NCBI RefSeq assembly: GCF_000281045.1 | Contig: NW_008246100.1 | Location: 145,385 to 209,384 of the forward strand | DNA length: 64,000 bases | Origin: Saprolegnia diclina VS20 | Taxonomy: Eukaryota | Direction of reading: 5' to 3' | Part shown: piece by piece, positions 23,331-34,242 of the stretch | Numbering within the stretch: position 1 is the stretch's first letter | How the letters are laid out: every line of letters starts with the position of its first letter | Program-made: the position numbers and the translations under genes | Notes under the pieces: generated by a model | Told to the model about the DNA's origin: nothing | The model's input: only the letters and a program-made list of their open reading frames with translations | Databases searched by the model: none

Positions 23331-24488
23331 GATGCTTCATCCGGATAAAGAAGCACACGGTGGAAAATACACCCATGTGAAAAATGCAGCCACAGTCGGT
23401 GTGAATTCAAAAGATTGCACAACGCCTCGCCACCAGGAGGCTCTCGCCTGGAGGCGTCGGAGACAGCAGCACCCATGCGCCACGGGGCGCAAGAGAAGAG
23501 GCAGCTGCAGCGATAGAGGCAGCGCAGCCACGCCACCAGCGAAACCCTCTGCGCATATCGTCGTACGTTGTTGCTGAAAACAGCCAGCTTTGGCGCAAGC
23601 CGCTCCGTGCCAGTGTTCACGCGACAGGGCGCACGCCTCTTGCCCGACCTGCGACTTGGCACGGACTGAATCGTCCACCGTGCCAGCTGCACGCACGTCG
23701 CGCCAAGATTGGTCCACGCAGACCTCCACGTCATGCGCACGGACCTGTGACACCCAGCGTCCAAGGCCGTGACCGCTTTGGGAGGAGCTGCCGCGCCGCC
23801 ATTGTCCACGACGACCTCAAGTACGGGACGACACCGAGGTCCTGTTCTTGTGATGGCGGCGTAAAGCGCGAAGCAGTATTTTCGTCAGGGGTGCGTGCAC
23901 GAAACACTGGAAGGCGTCGTGAAACAGAGTTTTGAGCGTCCAGAATCTCGCGTGCAGACGCTGTGCGAGACGCTGCGGGACTGAGAAAAGTCGCGTCAAC
24001 CGTTTGTGGAACCAGCGGCGAGCCAATCGGAGCCGACCAGATCCCATTCTGTTCGCTCGGATCCGAGCGGCGGCCATAAGATTTTGTTGTCTTACCACGT
24101 TTTGTACGGATAAACAAGCGACCCCATATATCCGGATCGTCAAACGTACACTATTTCCACGCCGATTGCCCAATCGTTCGGTTCATAAATAGTGTATATT
24201 CTTCGTTGATCGTAGCAGAGCAGCGTGACGACGCACGTGGTAGACGTCTCCTACCGTCAAACGGCGTCCGCTGACGGAGAGCATACCTTTTTCATATTTA
24301 TGTGGGTGGTTTTGGCGCTCAGCGCGACGTAGTAGCGTCCCGAGACATACGACCGTTGCCGACGTACTAACATTATTTCATTTACTAACACTATACATAT
24401 ACGGATTCAAATTCGTGCCAAGGATCTCATTCGACCATTTTGAGCCCATTTTGCAAGCGGCTCTACTCACAGTTGAAGTAACATGGTC

Positions 24489-25172
24489 ATGCGTCGCTTC
24501 CAGTTCCATAACATTGTCCGACGAACGCCGACGCTGGCGTCCAAGCGGTTCGCATCGTCCTCGTCGCCGCTGCCCGTGGCCCCACACAGCGCCCTCCTGC
24601 GCGGCCTCTACCACCAGGCCAAGAGCCTTCTGCATTTCCACGAGCTTCGCCGCAGCCTTGCGCCGTCGCTCCCGGCACGAGAAAAGTGGCACGTGTGCAC
24701 AAGCCTGCAAGAGCTCGACGAGCCGCTGGCCATGGATGAGTTCCTCGATGGCGCCAAGACTGCTGTGGACGCGGTGCTGCATCAAATGTACTCGGACGCG
24801 TTTCGCGCGTATGTGGCCGATCCATCGACCATGTCGGGCGACGTGCAATGGCTCCAAGACATCATGTCGGTCCGCCGCTTTGATGCGTGCGTGTTCGAGA
24901 TCCAAGAAGCCAAGAAGCGAGGCATGCGCTACGACCTGCGGCAGGTTCGTTTTGAGAACGTGGCCGTCTTCCAGGCGTCGGTCGCCAACGACAAAATGCA
25001 GCTGCAGGTGCACTGCGATATGGTGCACACGGTGCGCGTCACGTCCGGTCACCGCGATTTTCAAGTGCAAAAGTCGTCGTCGATGCTCTGGTCGTTCGAA
25101 TCGCCCGTCGACGCCGACAAGCGCGAGTGGAAGATTGTCGACTTCCACGACATTGACCTCCCCGACTACTAA
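24489..25172 (+). CDS. Putative mitochondrial Tim44/MAIP1-like domain protein
   Basis: Presequence MRRFQFHNIVRRTPTLASKRF; EFLDGAKTAV and C-terminal W.FES..WKIVD resemble the Tim44-like fold. Confidence 0.55.
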   Translation: MRRFQFHNIVRRTPTLASKRFASSSSPLPVAPHSALLRGLYHQAKSLLHFHELRRSLAPSLPAREKWHVCTSLQELDEPLAMDEFLDGAKTAVDAVLHQMYSDAFRAYVADPSTMSGDVQWLQDIMSVRRFDACVFEIQEAKKRGMRYDLRQVRFENVAVFQASVANDKMQLQVHCDMVHTVRVTSGHRDFQVQKSSSMLWSFESPVDADKREWKIVDFHDIDLPDY

Positions 25173-26140
25173 GATCTGGGGTCGGCGCTACTTTGTATTT
25201 ATCAACAAATAGGGTGTACGAGCCCAACGCAGCATAGGACGAATAGTGAGTGATTAAGTAAAAGTTTGTCCGTCCGTTCATGCCACCGGTGCACAATTTG
25301 ACGTGCGACCACGGCGAATGGCCGCTGTGAACGAGCTTGTTGATCTGCATCGAGCAGTCTACATCGTAGAACGATTACGACACCGAAAAAGTCGAGCTGT
25401 GCTAGTTGACTTGTCCCGTTTGCTTCTACTAGCGTTGAGGAGGACTTGGCAAGATGCAGGTGCTCGTCACAATCGCGAGTCTCGGCGCATCAAGGACATG
25501 ACGACCTGCGACCTATTTAACCCTATTGGATGCTTGGCAGATTCCAAAGGCGCCATGATTCCAGTGGCGAGTAATGTCGGCGTCCGGCGGACTCTGGGTA
25601 GACGTCGGCTGTTAGGTGAACGATGCGCTCCGAACGGGTGAAGATTTGCTACCCTTTGAGTCCCTTTTGGCACTGTTAATACAGCTATGACTGCAGCAGA
25701 GTCTCCTACTCGATCGGACTTCTCTCAACTCAGTTGGCGTTTATCCCATCACGACACCAGCACAGATTGCATGGCGTCGTCATGTGGACGTGATGTCCTT
25801 GGTCGTAGTACTTGAAATAGTGTGTGCTTCATGCTATAGCAACTGAACGCACGCAACTCAACGACCTCACACTGCAATGCGCGCCAGATATGCAAGCATG
25901 TCTGGCACGTGGCCCGTCCCAACTCTGTCCGCGTTGCATTTATTACCACAGCATACGCTGCACAGCAGCAAGCTTATCGAGCACAGCATTTGTACTTTAG
26001 ACGAGCGAGGGTAAAGTGGCGTGATTTCAGATTGTTGTGAATAGTGTGTGCCGACAATGTTTCCACTACAAATTTCGCAATCTGTGAAGCTGTGAAGTTT
26101 GTCAACGGCTCAAGATGTCACTTTTCCATTTCGTCGAAGG

Positions 26141-27753
26141 ATGACGCTGCCACTTCCGGCAAACTACTTTAACCTGCCGTCGCTCACAGCCATGGAGCGC
26201 CACACCTTGGCGCAGTTGGCATCAATCGTGTGCCGAGACACCATCGTCAATGCACTCTCAGTCCAAGCCGCGCCCATCATCCAAGTCGTCGAGAGCCCCT
26301 TCACCAAGCGAAAGGCGCGGGTACCTACTACTACATACACGGTACTGGCAACTCTTGACCGCAACGAATACTCGTAGCTCAGCCAAGCCACGGATTGCAG
26401 TACCGAGGCCGATGCAGTGTGCGCGTACACGCAGCTCCGCGCGTCGCTGGACGACATCATTGCTATCTTCGACATTGACACACCCAAGAAGATGCGCGAG
26501 TACGCCAGTGCGATCGAGACAAATATCGTCGACCGTCAACGCCTCCTTACGCTTGCGCACCAAACGGCTCCGCACCACGCGGTGACGCTCAACTGGGCAG
26601 CAACCGCATGCCCATTTGGCATGGCCAACCGCGACGCGTGCTTCCTCGAGGTATATACTCACATGTTTACCTACTGCTCACCAAAATGCACATAACAGTG
26701 TCAAGACGAGTTTTCGTATGCCGACCCGGAGAAACCGGTGCAGTGGCGAGGCTTTGTCCGAGCACTCCACTCGGTTGAGCTGGACGCGTGTCCATCCTTG
26801 CGTGCGTCGCACGATCTGGTGCGCGCGAGCATCGTCCGGGTACGATGACGTGCTCAGCGAGCAGCAGTCGCCGGCATACTCACACCTGTATTTGAGTAGA
26901 GCGGACATGTGTTTTTGGAGACATCTGAGCCCGGCGTCCTCGACTGTTACTTGGTGAAAGCCGTCGATCTCCAGGGCAATGTACCCCGCCTTGCCAACGT
27001 CGCATGGCTTCGTCGCGAGTGCGCCAAGGTCGTGTCGTGTCCACAGTCGTACGAGGCTTATGGTTGCTGTAGATCTTGCGGCTCGAAGAATCACTGCAGC
27101 TTGCGCGCATGCAAACCCAGCTGTTGACCCACGGCTTGGCGCATGTCCGCGCGTACGGTGACAAGTCGCAGCGGCGTGTGTGCGCACATTGCGACCGAGG
27201 GTTCTCGTTTCTGTCGCGCCGGCGGCACTGCGAGCTCTGCGCCGAGGTGCGTCATAACCCTTGTCTTTGGCTTGGACACTTTGGCGATATCCCTTTCGGT
27301 AGGCGGTATGTCGGCGTTGCTGCTTCAAGATGCCCATGGTCTTCCGCGGTCACAGTACCCAAGTTGTCGTCTGCCAGTTTTGCTACAACGGCCGGCAGCA
27401 CGTCCAGCCGCTGCCCCACCGCCACCACGGTGCGTGCCTCGTTCGATTTGAGCCGGACGGTGGGTCATGGTGATTTCTTATTTGCAGGCGTGACGACCAA
27501 GTGGCTCGCCAACAGCATACAGCCAGGTGCAGCGTCACTCTCGAGCCTCTCGGAGGCGGCGGCGTCACCGCAGAACGACGGACTAGATCACGTGCCATAC
27601 CACGTGTCGATTCTAAGCATCGTCGATACGCTGGATCTCGGCAGCTCATTCTGCTCGTACCTCGAGACGGCGCCGATGGACCCAACGTCAGCCTTTGCAA
27701 GGACGCTCAAGCTTGAAGCGGCGTCGCCACCGCGCAGATCCCTCTTTGTTTAG
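26141..27753 (+). CDS. START-like plus FYVE zinc-finger protein (oomycete family, multi-exon)
   Basis: MTLPLPANYFNLPSL N-terminus; NRDACFLE; RGFVRALHSVEL..CP; FYVE C.HC.R.F..RRRHC.LC; INR-like TCACTTTTCCATTTC just upstream. Confidence 0.8.
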
Positions 27754-28621
27754 TCTTGCGTGCAGCGTACGTCCATAAAGTACGCAATACAGTGGACGTT
27801 TGAGCACAGAAAGATACTGGTACAGCGACTTTATGAGATCAGGCCTTTGCAATCACGCATGCGCGATGTGGGCCCGAAGCGCCACGGCTTTGTACTGTGC
27901 GTAAAAATGATAGGGCGGGCCCCACGATTGGTTGTGATTACTCATCTGGATAGATTTCAGACCCAGCATCCTCCCGCAACGGCCCAAACGCTGCCGCGAC
28001 CACGCTCCAGTCCTTGATCCAGTGAGTAACTAGCTGTCTAGACGCACATGTGCCACGACACTGGAAGCCGCCACCAGATTCTAGTGTCCGCGGGACCAGA
28101 CAAGCAAGCGGTTGACGTCATCGCTTCCGGGTCAAGTAAAAAGGGCATCTCTGGTTCGTGTCCGTGGGACCGAGGTGCTGACGGGTTCGGCTCGCGAAGG
28201 ATACAGAGGTGCACCGCACCCAGATCGTCTTCAGATAGAGCCGTGGCCGCCTCCCGCCAAAAACATACCGGACCCAGCCCCCTCCAGCCCTCCACTTTGT
28301 TGGCTTGTGCGCGAGTCGTCTGGTCGCGGACCAGGCATGCAAGGTAGCATGCTTGGGAGGCAAGCATGTGTACGTATGCGGTAATCCTTGCGGCTGCTCG
28401 ATCGTTGCAAGCAAGACGCTGGACCAGATGCATGACATCAGCAGTGCGATCTCGACATCGTCAGCGATTTGGTGCGCTTTCACCGAAACGCATGCGCTTT
28501 TTCCCTGTCTGGGGTGCTATAATCCGGAAAAAGGTGCTCTTTTGTCTCGGGCCCACCGCGCATCTGGCTTCTTGACGTTGCACTTTGTGCGATGGGGCAC
28601 ATTGGGACTTCTGCTTTTGCC

Positions 28622-30084
28622 ATGACCTTGCCGCTGCCACCCGACCACTTTCGCTGCCCGCCGCTCGACGAGTGCGACCGCGAGTACTTTGTTAACCTCG
28701 CCAACAAGGCGGCGTTCGACTGCGTCCGCAATGCGATGACGCTCCAGGCGACGCCCGTGCTCTCGGTCTTCAAGAGCGACGTCACCCAGCGCTTTGCTCG
28801 CGTACGCCTCCTCGTACTCGTCGTCCTACTGACGCGATCGGCGTAGATGCGCGAAGGGCCCGACTCGGTCCAGCCGCACCTGCCCGCGACCGTCGCCAAC
28901 ACACAGATCCACGCGACGATCGAGCAAATTGCCGACTTCTTCTACCTCGACACGCTTCCGAAGGCACGGACGTACGCCAAGACAGTGGGTCAGATCGTGC
29001 TCGACCGGCAGACGCTGTATACGCTCGAGGCGCGGGACACGGATTCGTCCCTTCGCTACGTCGGCATTGACTGGCTCGTCATCCAGTGCCCGTACATTGC
29101 CGTCTCGAACCGCGACGCCGTCTTCCTCGAGATCCACGACGAGCTTGATTTCTACGACGAAGTCGCCAAAGTGCACCGGCGCGGCTTTGTGCGCTGCCTC
29201 CACTCGATCGAGATCGACTCCTGCCCGCCGCTCAAGGCGTCGCACGGCATCATCCGGTCGGCGTTTGTTCGTGTACTGTACTTTTGGCTACGACATCGTA
29301 TCCTACCTCTATCCATAGAGCGGCCACATTTTCATCGAGACGGACACGCCAGGCCTTCTCAACTACTACACCGTGTACGTGACGCTCGCGAACGGCAACA
29401 TCCCGCGCCTCTCGGCCATGCAGCGCAGCCAGTGCAAACGCGTACAGCGATTTGTCCTATTTTATGCAGGCGTGCTGAGCCCCCGACTAGATTTTGAGCC
29501 TCGAAGAGCACTTGTGCTACGACCACGTGACGACGTCAATGGACAACGGCGAGTTCGTGCCCGTTCAGCGCTACGAGTCGCAAGCAACGACCAAGCAGTG
29601 TTCGCGCTGTACGAAGAAGCTCCATGCGCTCGTCAAGCGAAAGAACTGCGCCAAGTGCGGCCACGTATGGTGATCTTGGCCGCCTGTTGTTTCTCATGCG
29701 AGTCCGGCGTAGGTTGTCTGTATGGACTGCTGCAACAAGTGCAAGGTCGTCTTCCAGCTCGCACCGCGCACCATTCACATGTGCCATCACTGCTTTTGCC
29801 GCGGCCTCGACATGAAGCCGTTGCCGCAGACGCCAGGTAGTCGTGGGTCGATCTTGCTGAGATCTTATAGCCGGGACCTAGCCGAGTGCGGTGCGACGCT
29901 GCATTTTAGCCGCAGGCACGTGGCCATGGCCCGCTACGTAAAGGAGCTAACAGCGAGTCAGAGCGCCCTCCCGACCGCACAAGTCGTCGACCTCGCGCGC
30001 GGGCTCGCTGACATGAAGCTGGCATCCTTGCCGACGACGACGCACATCATGGATGAGGACGCGTTTGATCGGTGGTACATGTAG
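28622..30084 (+). CDS. START-like plus FYVE zinc-finger protein, tandem paralog (multi-exon)
   Basis: MTLPLPPDHFRCPPL; NRDAVFLE; RGFVRCLHSIEIDSCP; C.RC..RKNCAKCGH.VC.DC. Confidence 0.8.
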
Positions 30085-30134
30085 TCGTCAACCGTAATCA
30101 ATGTGTGTGTGGGTCGTTTATATTGTCGTTAAAG

Positions 30135-31844
30135 TTATACCACGAGCTCGTCTTCCAGGTAGCTATACTCAAACGTAAACTCGGTCTTGATGCGTTGGCA
30201 CCACCCGGTTTCATAGTCGAGGTACACGAACGTGCCTTGCTCAAAATCCTCGCCCGTCATCTGCGGCTCTTCGTGGCGTTTGAACCACGTCTTGTACTTC
30301 TTGTGGTAGCCCCACGCTTGGCGCTTGAGCTCGCGCGCCGCTAAGAACTGCTGGTACGTGCCTTGCTGGTAGTAAAAGATGAAGAAGAGCGTGTCGAGGT
30401 CGAACTTCTCAAACACCGCGGGGTTCTCAAAGAGCGGTGCCGGTGCACTCGGGAACGACGGCGGCGTCGGGTACATGTTGCGCGGCACGTACCGGTTGCC
30501 CTTCTCCGAGTCGATGCTGTCGGGCATGAGCTTGAAGCTCTCGTCGATGAGCCGCAGCAGCTGGCGGCGCTCCTCCGACATGACGTACGGCGCGGGCGCC
30601 GGGGCAGGCACGACCGGCGGCGGCGACTGCACCGGTGGCGGCGACGCCTTGGGCGTGCCAATCGGCTTGCGCGCCGCCGGCACCGTGTCCGTCTCGACCG
30701 TCATGCCGAACGAGCCCGATGCTACGGCCGCACCGTACCCGATCGGGCGTGCCGGCGAGTCCATCTTGCTCATCGCGGGCGGCGGGCGCATGGCGGCGGG
30801 CGGCGCAACCACCGGTGTCGGCTTGGCCGGCGACTCGTACGAGCGGTCCGGTGTCGCCACCTTGGGCGGGAGGTCACGCGCAACGCGCGCCGGGGCTGCA
30901 GGGGTCGAAGGTGCTGGCGGCGGCGATGCATTCACAACCACGGCCGGACTCGTCTTGAGCTCGATGGGCTTGACGGCACCAGGGCGGCCGATGCTCGTAA
31001 TGGGAGGGGTCGGGGCCTTCTTCGCGCTGGACGGAGCAGAGCCACGGCCCGAGGTCGAGCGCGACGCCGGCGTAGTCGGAACAGGCACCTCTTCGTCCGA
31101 CGGCTCCGATTCAGCGTCGCCACCACCGGCGTTGAACTGGATGCTCGAGAGCGAGTCGAGGTCGAGGATTTCGTAAATGTCGTCGTCGCCGTACGTGTCC
31201 ATGAAGTCGGGCTCCTGGTTCGCTTCGAGGTAATAGTCAATATCGTCCTTGAGCGCGTCGACCGAGACGGGGTCGATCGCGTCGTTGTCGAGAAGGCGCG
31301 CGACTTGCTCGAGCTTGAGCACGTGCCACTTGTGGCGGGCAATGATGAGCTCGAGGTTCTCGACTTCCTGCTTGTTCTTCTTGCCCTTGGCGCTGCGGAG
31401 GCGCTCGAGGTCGCAGTCCATGGTCTCAATCTGCTCGTTGAACTGCGTGATGCTCTCTTGGATCCACACGCGCGTGTTCTGCTTCGCTTGCTCGGCGGGG
31501 TCGAGCCGCTCGGCCTGCGCAAGGCCCTCCTTCGAGTACGCCTTCGTCTTGGTCTCCTTCTCGCAGACCTTGAACTCCTCCATCTTGGACTCGATGAGCC
31601 TTCGCGCGTCCATGAGCGGCCGCTTGTCCTTGACGTCCGAGTTGCCGATCCATGTCTTGATCTGGTCGCGGAAGCGCTGGAGCTTCTTGATCTCCTTCTT
31701 CAGGTCGGCCTCATGCTTCTCCTTCTGGCTCTGCCCCGCGGCCGAGTAGACCTTCTCCCAGATCGCGTTGAAGACCTCGACGCCCTCGCCGACCTTCTTG
31801 AGCGTCCGCTCGATCTCGCTCAGGAGCTTCCGCTGCCCTGCCAT
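30135..31844 (-). CDS. NOT3: CCR4-NOT complex subunit Not3/Not5 (CNOT3)
   Basis: RKLLSEIERTLKKV.EG..QKEK.E.DLKKEIKKLQR.RDQIKTW; C-terminal NOT box DTLFFIFYYQQGTYQQ.LAARELK..W.YHKKY. Confidence 0.95.
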   Translation of the reverse strand: MAGQRKLLSEIERTLKKVGEGVEVFNAIWEKVYSAAGQSQKEKHEADLKKEIKKLQRFRDQIKTWIGNSDVKDKRPLMDARRLIESKMEEFKVCEKETKTKAYSKEGLAQAERLDPAEQAKQNTRVWIQESITQFNEQIETMDCDLERLRSAKGKKNKQEVENLELIIARHKWHVLKLEQVARLLDNDAIDPVSVDALKDDIDYYLEANQEPDFMDTYGDDDIYEILDLDSLSSIQFNAGGGDAESEPSDEEVPVPTTPASRSTSGRGSAPSSAKKAPTPPITSIGRPGAVKPIELKTSPAVVVNASPPPAPSTPAAPARVARDLPPKVATPDRSYESPAKPTPVVAPPAAMRPPPAMSKMDSPARPIGYGAAVASGSFGMTVETDTVPAARKPIGTPKASPPPVQSPPPVVPAPAPAPYVMSEERRQLLRLIDESFKLMPDSIDSEKGNRYVPRNMYPTPPSFPSAPAPLFENPAVFEKFDLDTLFFIFYYQQGTYQQFLAARELKRQAWGYHKKYKTWFKRHEEPQMTGEDFEQGTFVYLDYETGWCQRIKTEFTFEYSYLEDELVV

Positions 31845-32350
31845 CGTCTTCTTTGTGGGTGGGGGCGCACCTTACAATTCTATACTTTGGGGCGTGATAC
31901 CCTGTCACTTTCGATATTTGCAACCATCGACCGGACAAACCTCTGGCAATGTATATTCCGAGCTTCGCGCACTCGGTCGTTCAAGCCGAGCGACCGAGTT
32001 ATGCATTTCGCTCGAGCACCAACAATATGTACGATCGGCCAGCTACGTAGCGAGAGCTCGGAGCGAGGCGAGCGACCGGGTAATTACACGGTACGTAGAC
32101 CGTCTGCGCCGTCCATCTCGGCAAAGTTGGCTGATAGCGTCACCAGTGCAGCTCGTCTCGCAGGCGCTAGTAGTCCAGCGAGGAGCACCTTTATTGGTCG
32201 CTGGGGTCCAACGAGTCGACTAACACGCATACCAAGACTACTTCGATATACATGTATATCTGCAAGGAGCCAACGGTGGCGATCTATCTTTGGCTTCGAG
32301 CCCTAAACCTTAAAAAACTGAACTAGCAGGCTACAGCGAAATCGTGGGCC

Positions 32351-32800
32351 ATGACCGAGAAGCCCAGACAGCGCAGCAGCGGCGAGCACGCATCGATGCA
32401 AGACGATGCACTGGACGCGAGAGATGCCTCCACCCTCCAGCGCCAACCGACGCCGTCCGTTGGCGACGACACCGAGCACCCGCAACCGCCCAACGTCCTG
32501 CAAATCGAGTGGACCGACGACGACCTCCGTGGACTTACAGATATCACGGAGGAAGACGCTCGACGCAATGCACGTGCGACACAAGCTCCTCTACTCCAAG
32601 CGGGCCTCGAGCACCGTCACAGGCACAAGCCGTCGCTGCGCCTTGGTGCTGCCAACAAGGAGGTTGCGCAATTGAATCGCGCGCATGGGGGCGTGTCTTT
32701 GACTCTTATGGTTGCCGCTGTCGCCATGCTCGCCTTTATCACGCTCAAGGTAGTCCTGCACCGCCGCCGACGCTTCCAGCAGTACCAACCGATCGATTAA
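32351..32800 (+). CDS. Hypothetical single-pass membrane protein with a WTDxDLRG motif
   Basis: Open ORF; C-terminal hydrophobic helix followed by HRRRR and YQPI. Confidence 0.6.
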   Translation: MTEKPRQRSSGEHASMQDDALDARDASTLQRQPTPSVGDDTEHPQPPNVLQIEWTDDDLRGLTDITEEDARRNARATQAPLLQAGLEHRHRHKPSLRLGAANKEVAQLNRAHGGVSLTLMVAAVAMLAFITLKVVLHRRRRFQQYQPID

Positions 32801-33006
32801 CATGTCTTCGATACCTTCCGATATATTCTACAGCGCTATAACTCGTAGTCGAACCACTGGACAAATGTATTTTGCGCACCATCTCTATGGTACGATAGAG
32901 GAAGATGGCGCCCTCCCTTGATGGCGCCTGACTTTTCTGAATTTAGCTCGTCAACGGCCAACGGCAGCCGCGTTGGAGCGACAACGCGTACTATAGAGCT
33001 TCGTTC

Positions 33007-33441
33007 ATGGCTGCGCTGCCGCACGCCAGCGACTCGACCAGAGAGATCCGCCCGCCGCGACTCCGCGCTGCCGTCTTTCGCGCCAATTGGACCGACAGCG
33101 ACCTGCGGGGCGAGAACTTGAGGCCTGAGAACGACTATGACAACTTGGCGCCAGTGCACCGGCCGTGGAACAAGCGGCGTGTGGAAGAGTGGAAGCGATC
33201 GGCCATTTCGCGTGAGCAGCGCGACTGGGACGAGGAGCGCAAGGCGTACAGCCGTCTACAGCCGGTGGCGCGCCGGAAGCATCTCCATGCCATCGACGAG
33301 GTCGAGTACAACTCGGAGGATGCTCTCTACTCGGCTGCGTTTCTCTTTCTATTCGCATTCGTCATGATCAAGTTTGTGTGTGGCTCGCCCGACTACCCAC
33401 CCTCCCGCCGCTACCGCTACGAGTACGACGAGGTTGAATGA
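33007..33441 (+). CDS. Hypothetical single-pass membrane protein with a WTDxDLRG motif
   Basis: Open ORF; C-terminal TM helix and a YDEV tail; shares WTD.DLRG with the upstream gene. Confidence 0.6.
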   Translation: MAALPHASDSTREIRPPRLRAAVFRANWTDSDLRGENLRPENDYDNLAPVHRPWNKRRVEEWKRSAISREQRDWDEERKAYSRLQPVARRKHLHAIDEVEYNSEDALYSAAFLFLFAFVMIKFVCGSPDYPPSRRYRYEYDEVE

Positions 33442-33810
33442 AGAAGCCACAACTTCAACTTCTTCAACTTCACTCTATTACCTCTGATTCGAATACTATT
33501 TTTGAGACTAGTATAGTGTTAATTTGTCAAGTGCGAAATCGGTGGGCAAAGTCAGCGAGAAGAATACGAGCACGTACGCGTACGACATGCAGCACTTACT
33601 TTGCGTGCGTCGTGGAGTGCACGAAGCGGTAAGGAGAGATGTTCTCTCTCTCTTTTCGTACGCTCACAGGTGCACAACATGAAATAGTGTTCTCAGTGTC
33701 ATATCTTTCGGAAATAGAATATGAAGACGGACGAATCAGCTCGTGTTACATCTCGCCCAGTCCGAGACCGCGAGACAGCCAGCCGAGGAGACGCCAAGCA
33801 GGTGACGAGC

Positions 33811-34188
33811 ATGGGCTGCTGCTTCACGAAGGAAGCGATCGCCGAAGGGTAGGTCATCGCGCGCATTGCGCCGTCGGCTAACCTTCTCAGCGACGTGTAC
33901 AGGGACCTTGGCGACCGCGAGCCATCAATCGGGACCAAGCGCGACATTGCGGCGGCCGCGGCTGAGCGCCGCAACCAAGACTTCAAGCAAGGCGGCGGCG
34001 GGAACACGGCCAAGACCAAGAGCATTGCCATTCGGCGCGAGAAGGACGAGCTCGTCGGCAAGATTGAAGCGCTGTATGGGTCGCTCGGCGAGGACGCGCC
34101 CATCGGCCTTGCATCCTGCGACTTGGACCAGCTCAAGGCGCACTTGGCAAAGCTCAAGCTCAAGAAGGACGCCAAGCGCAAGGTATAG
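33811..34188 (+). CDS. Small, putatively myristoylated/palmitoylated protein (MGCCF), 2 exons
   Basis: ATG GGC TGC TGC at 33811; intron about 33849-33890 with CTAAC branch point; coding bias in exon 2. Confidence 0.65.
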
Positions 34189-34242
34189 GGCCATCAGAAA
34201 TGACGCAGAACACATATATGATACTGTACACGACAAAACTGT

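Noticed and set aside
23337..23809. Possible small minus-strand gene (MDNGGAAAPPK...) upstream of ESS2
   Set aside because: No convincing spliced ORF or homology motif could be built
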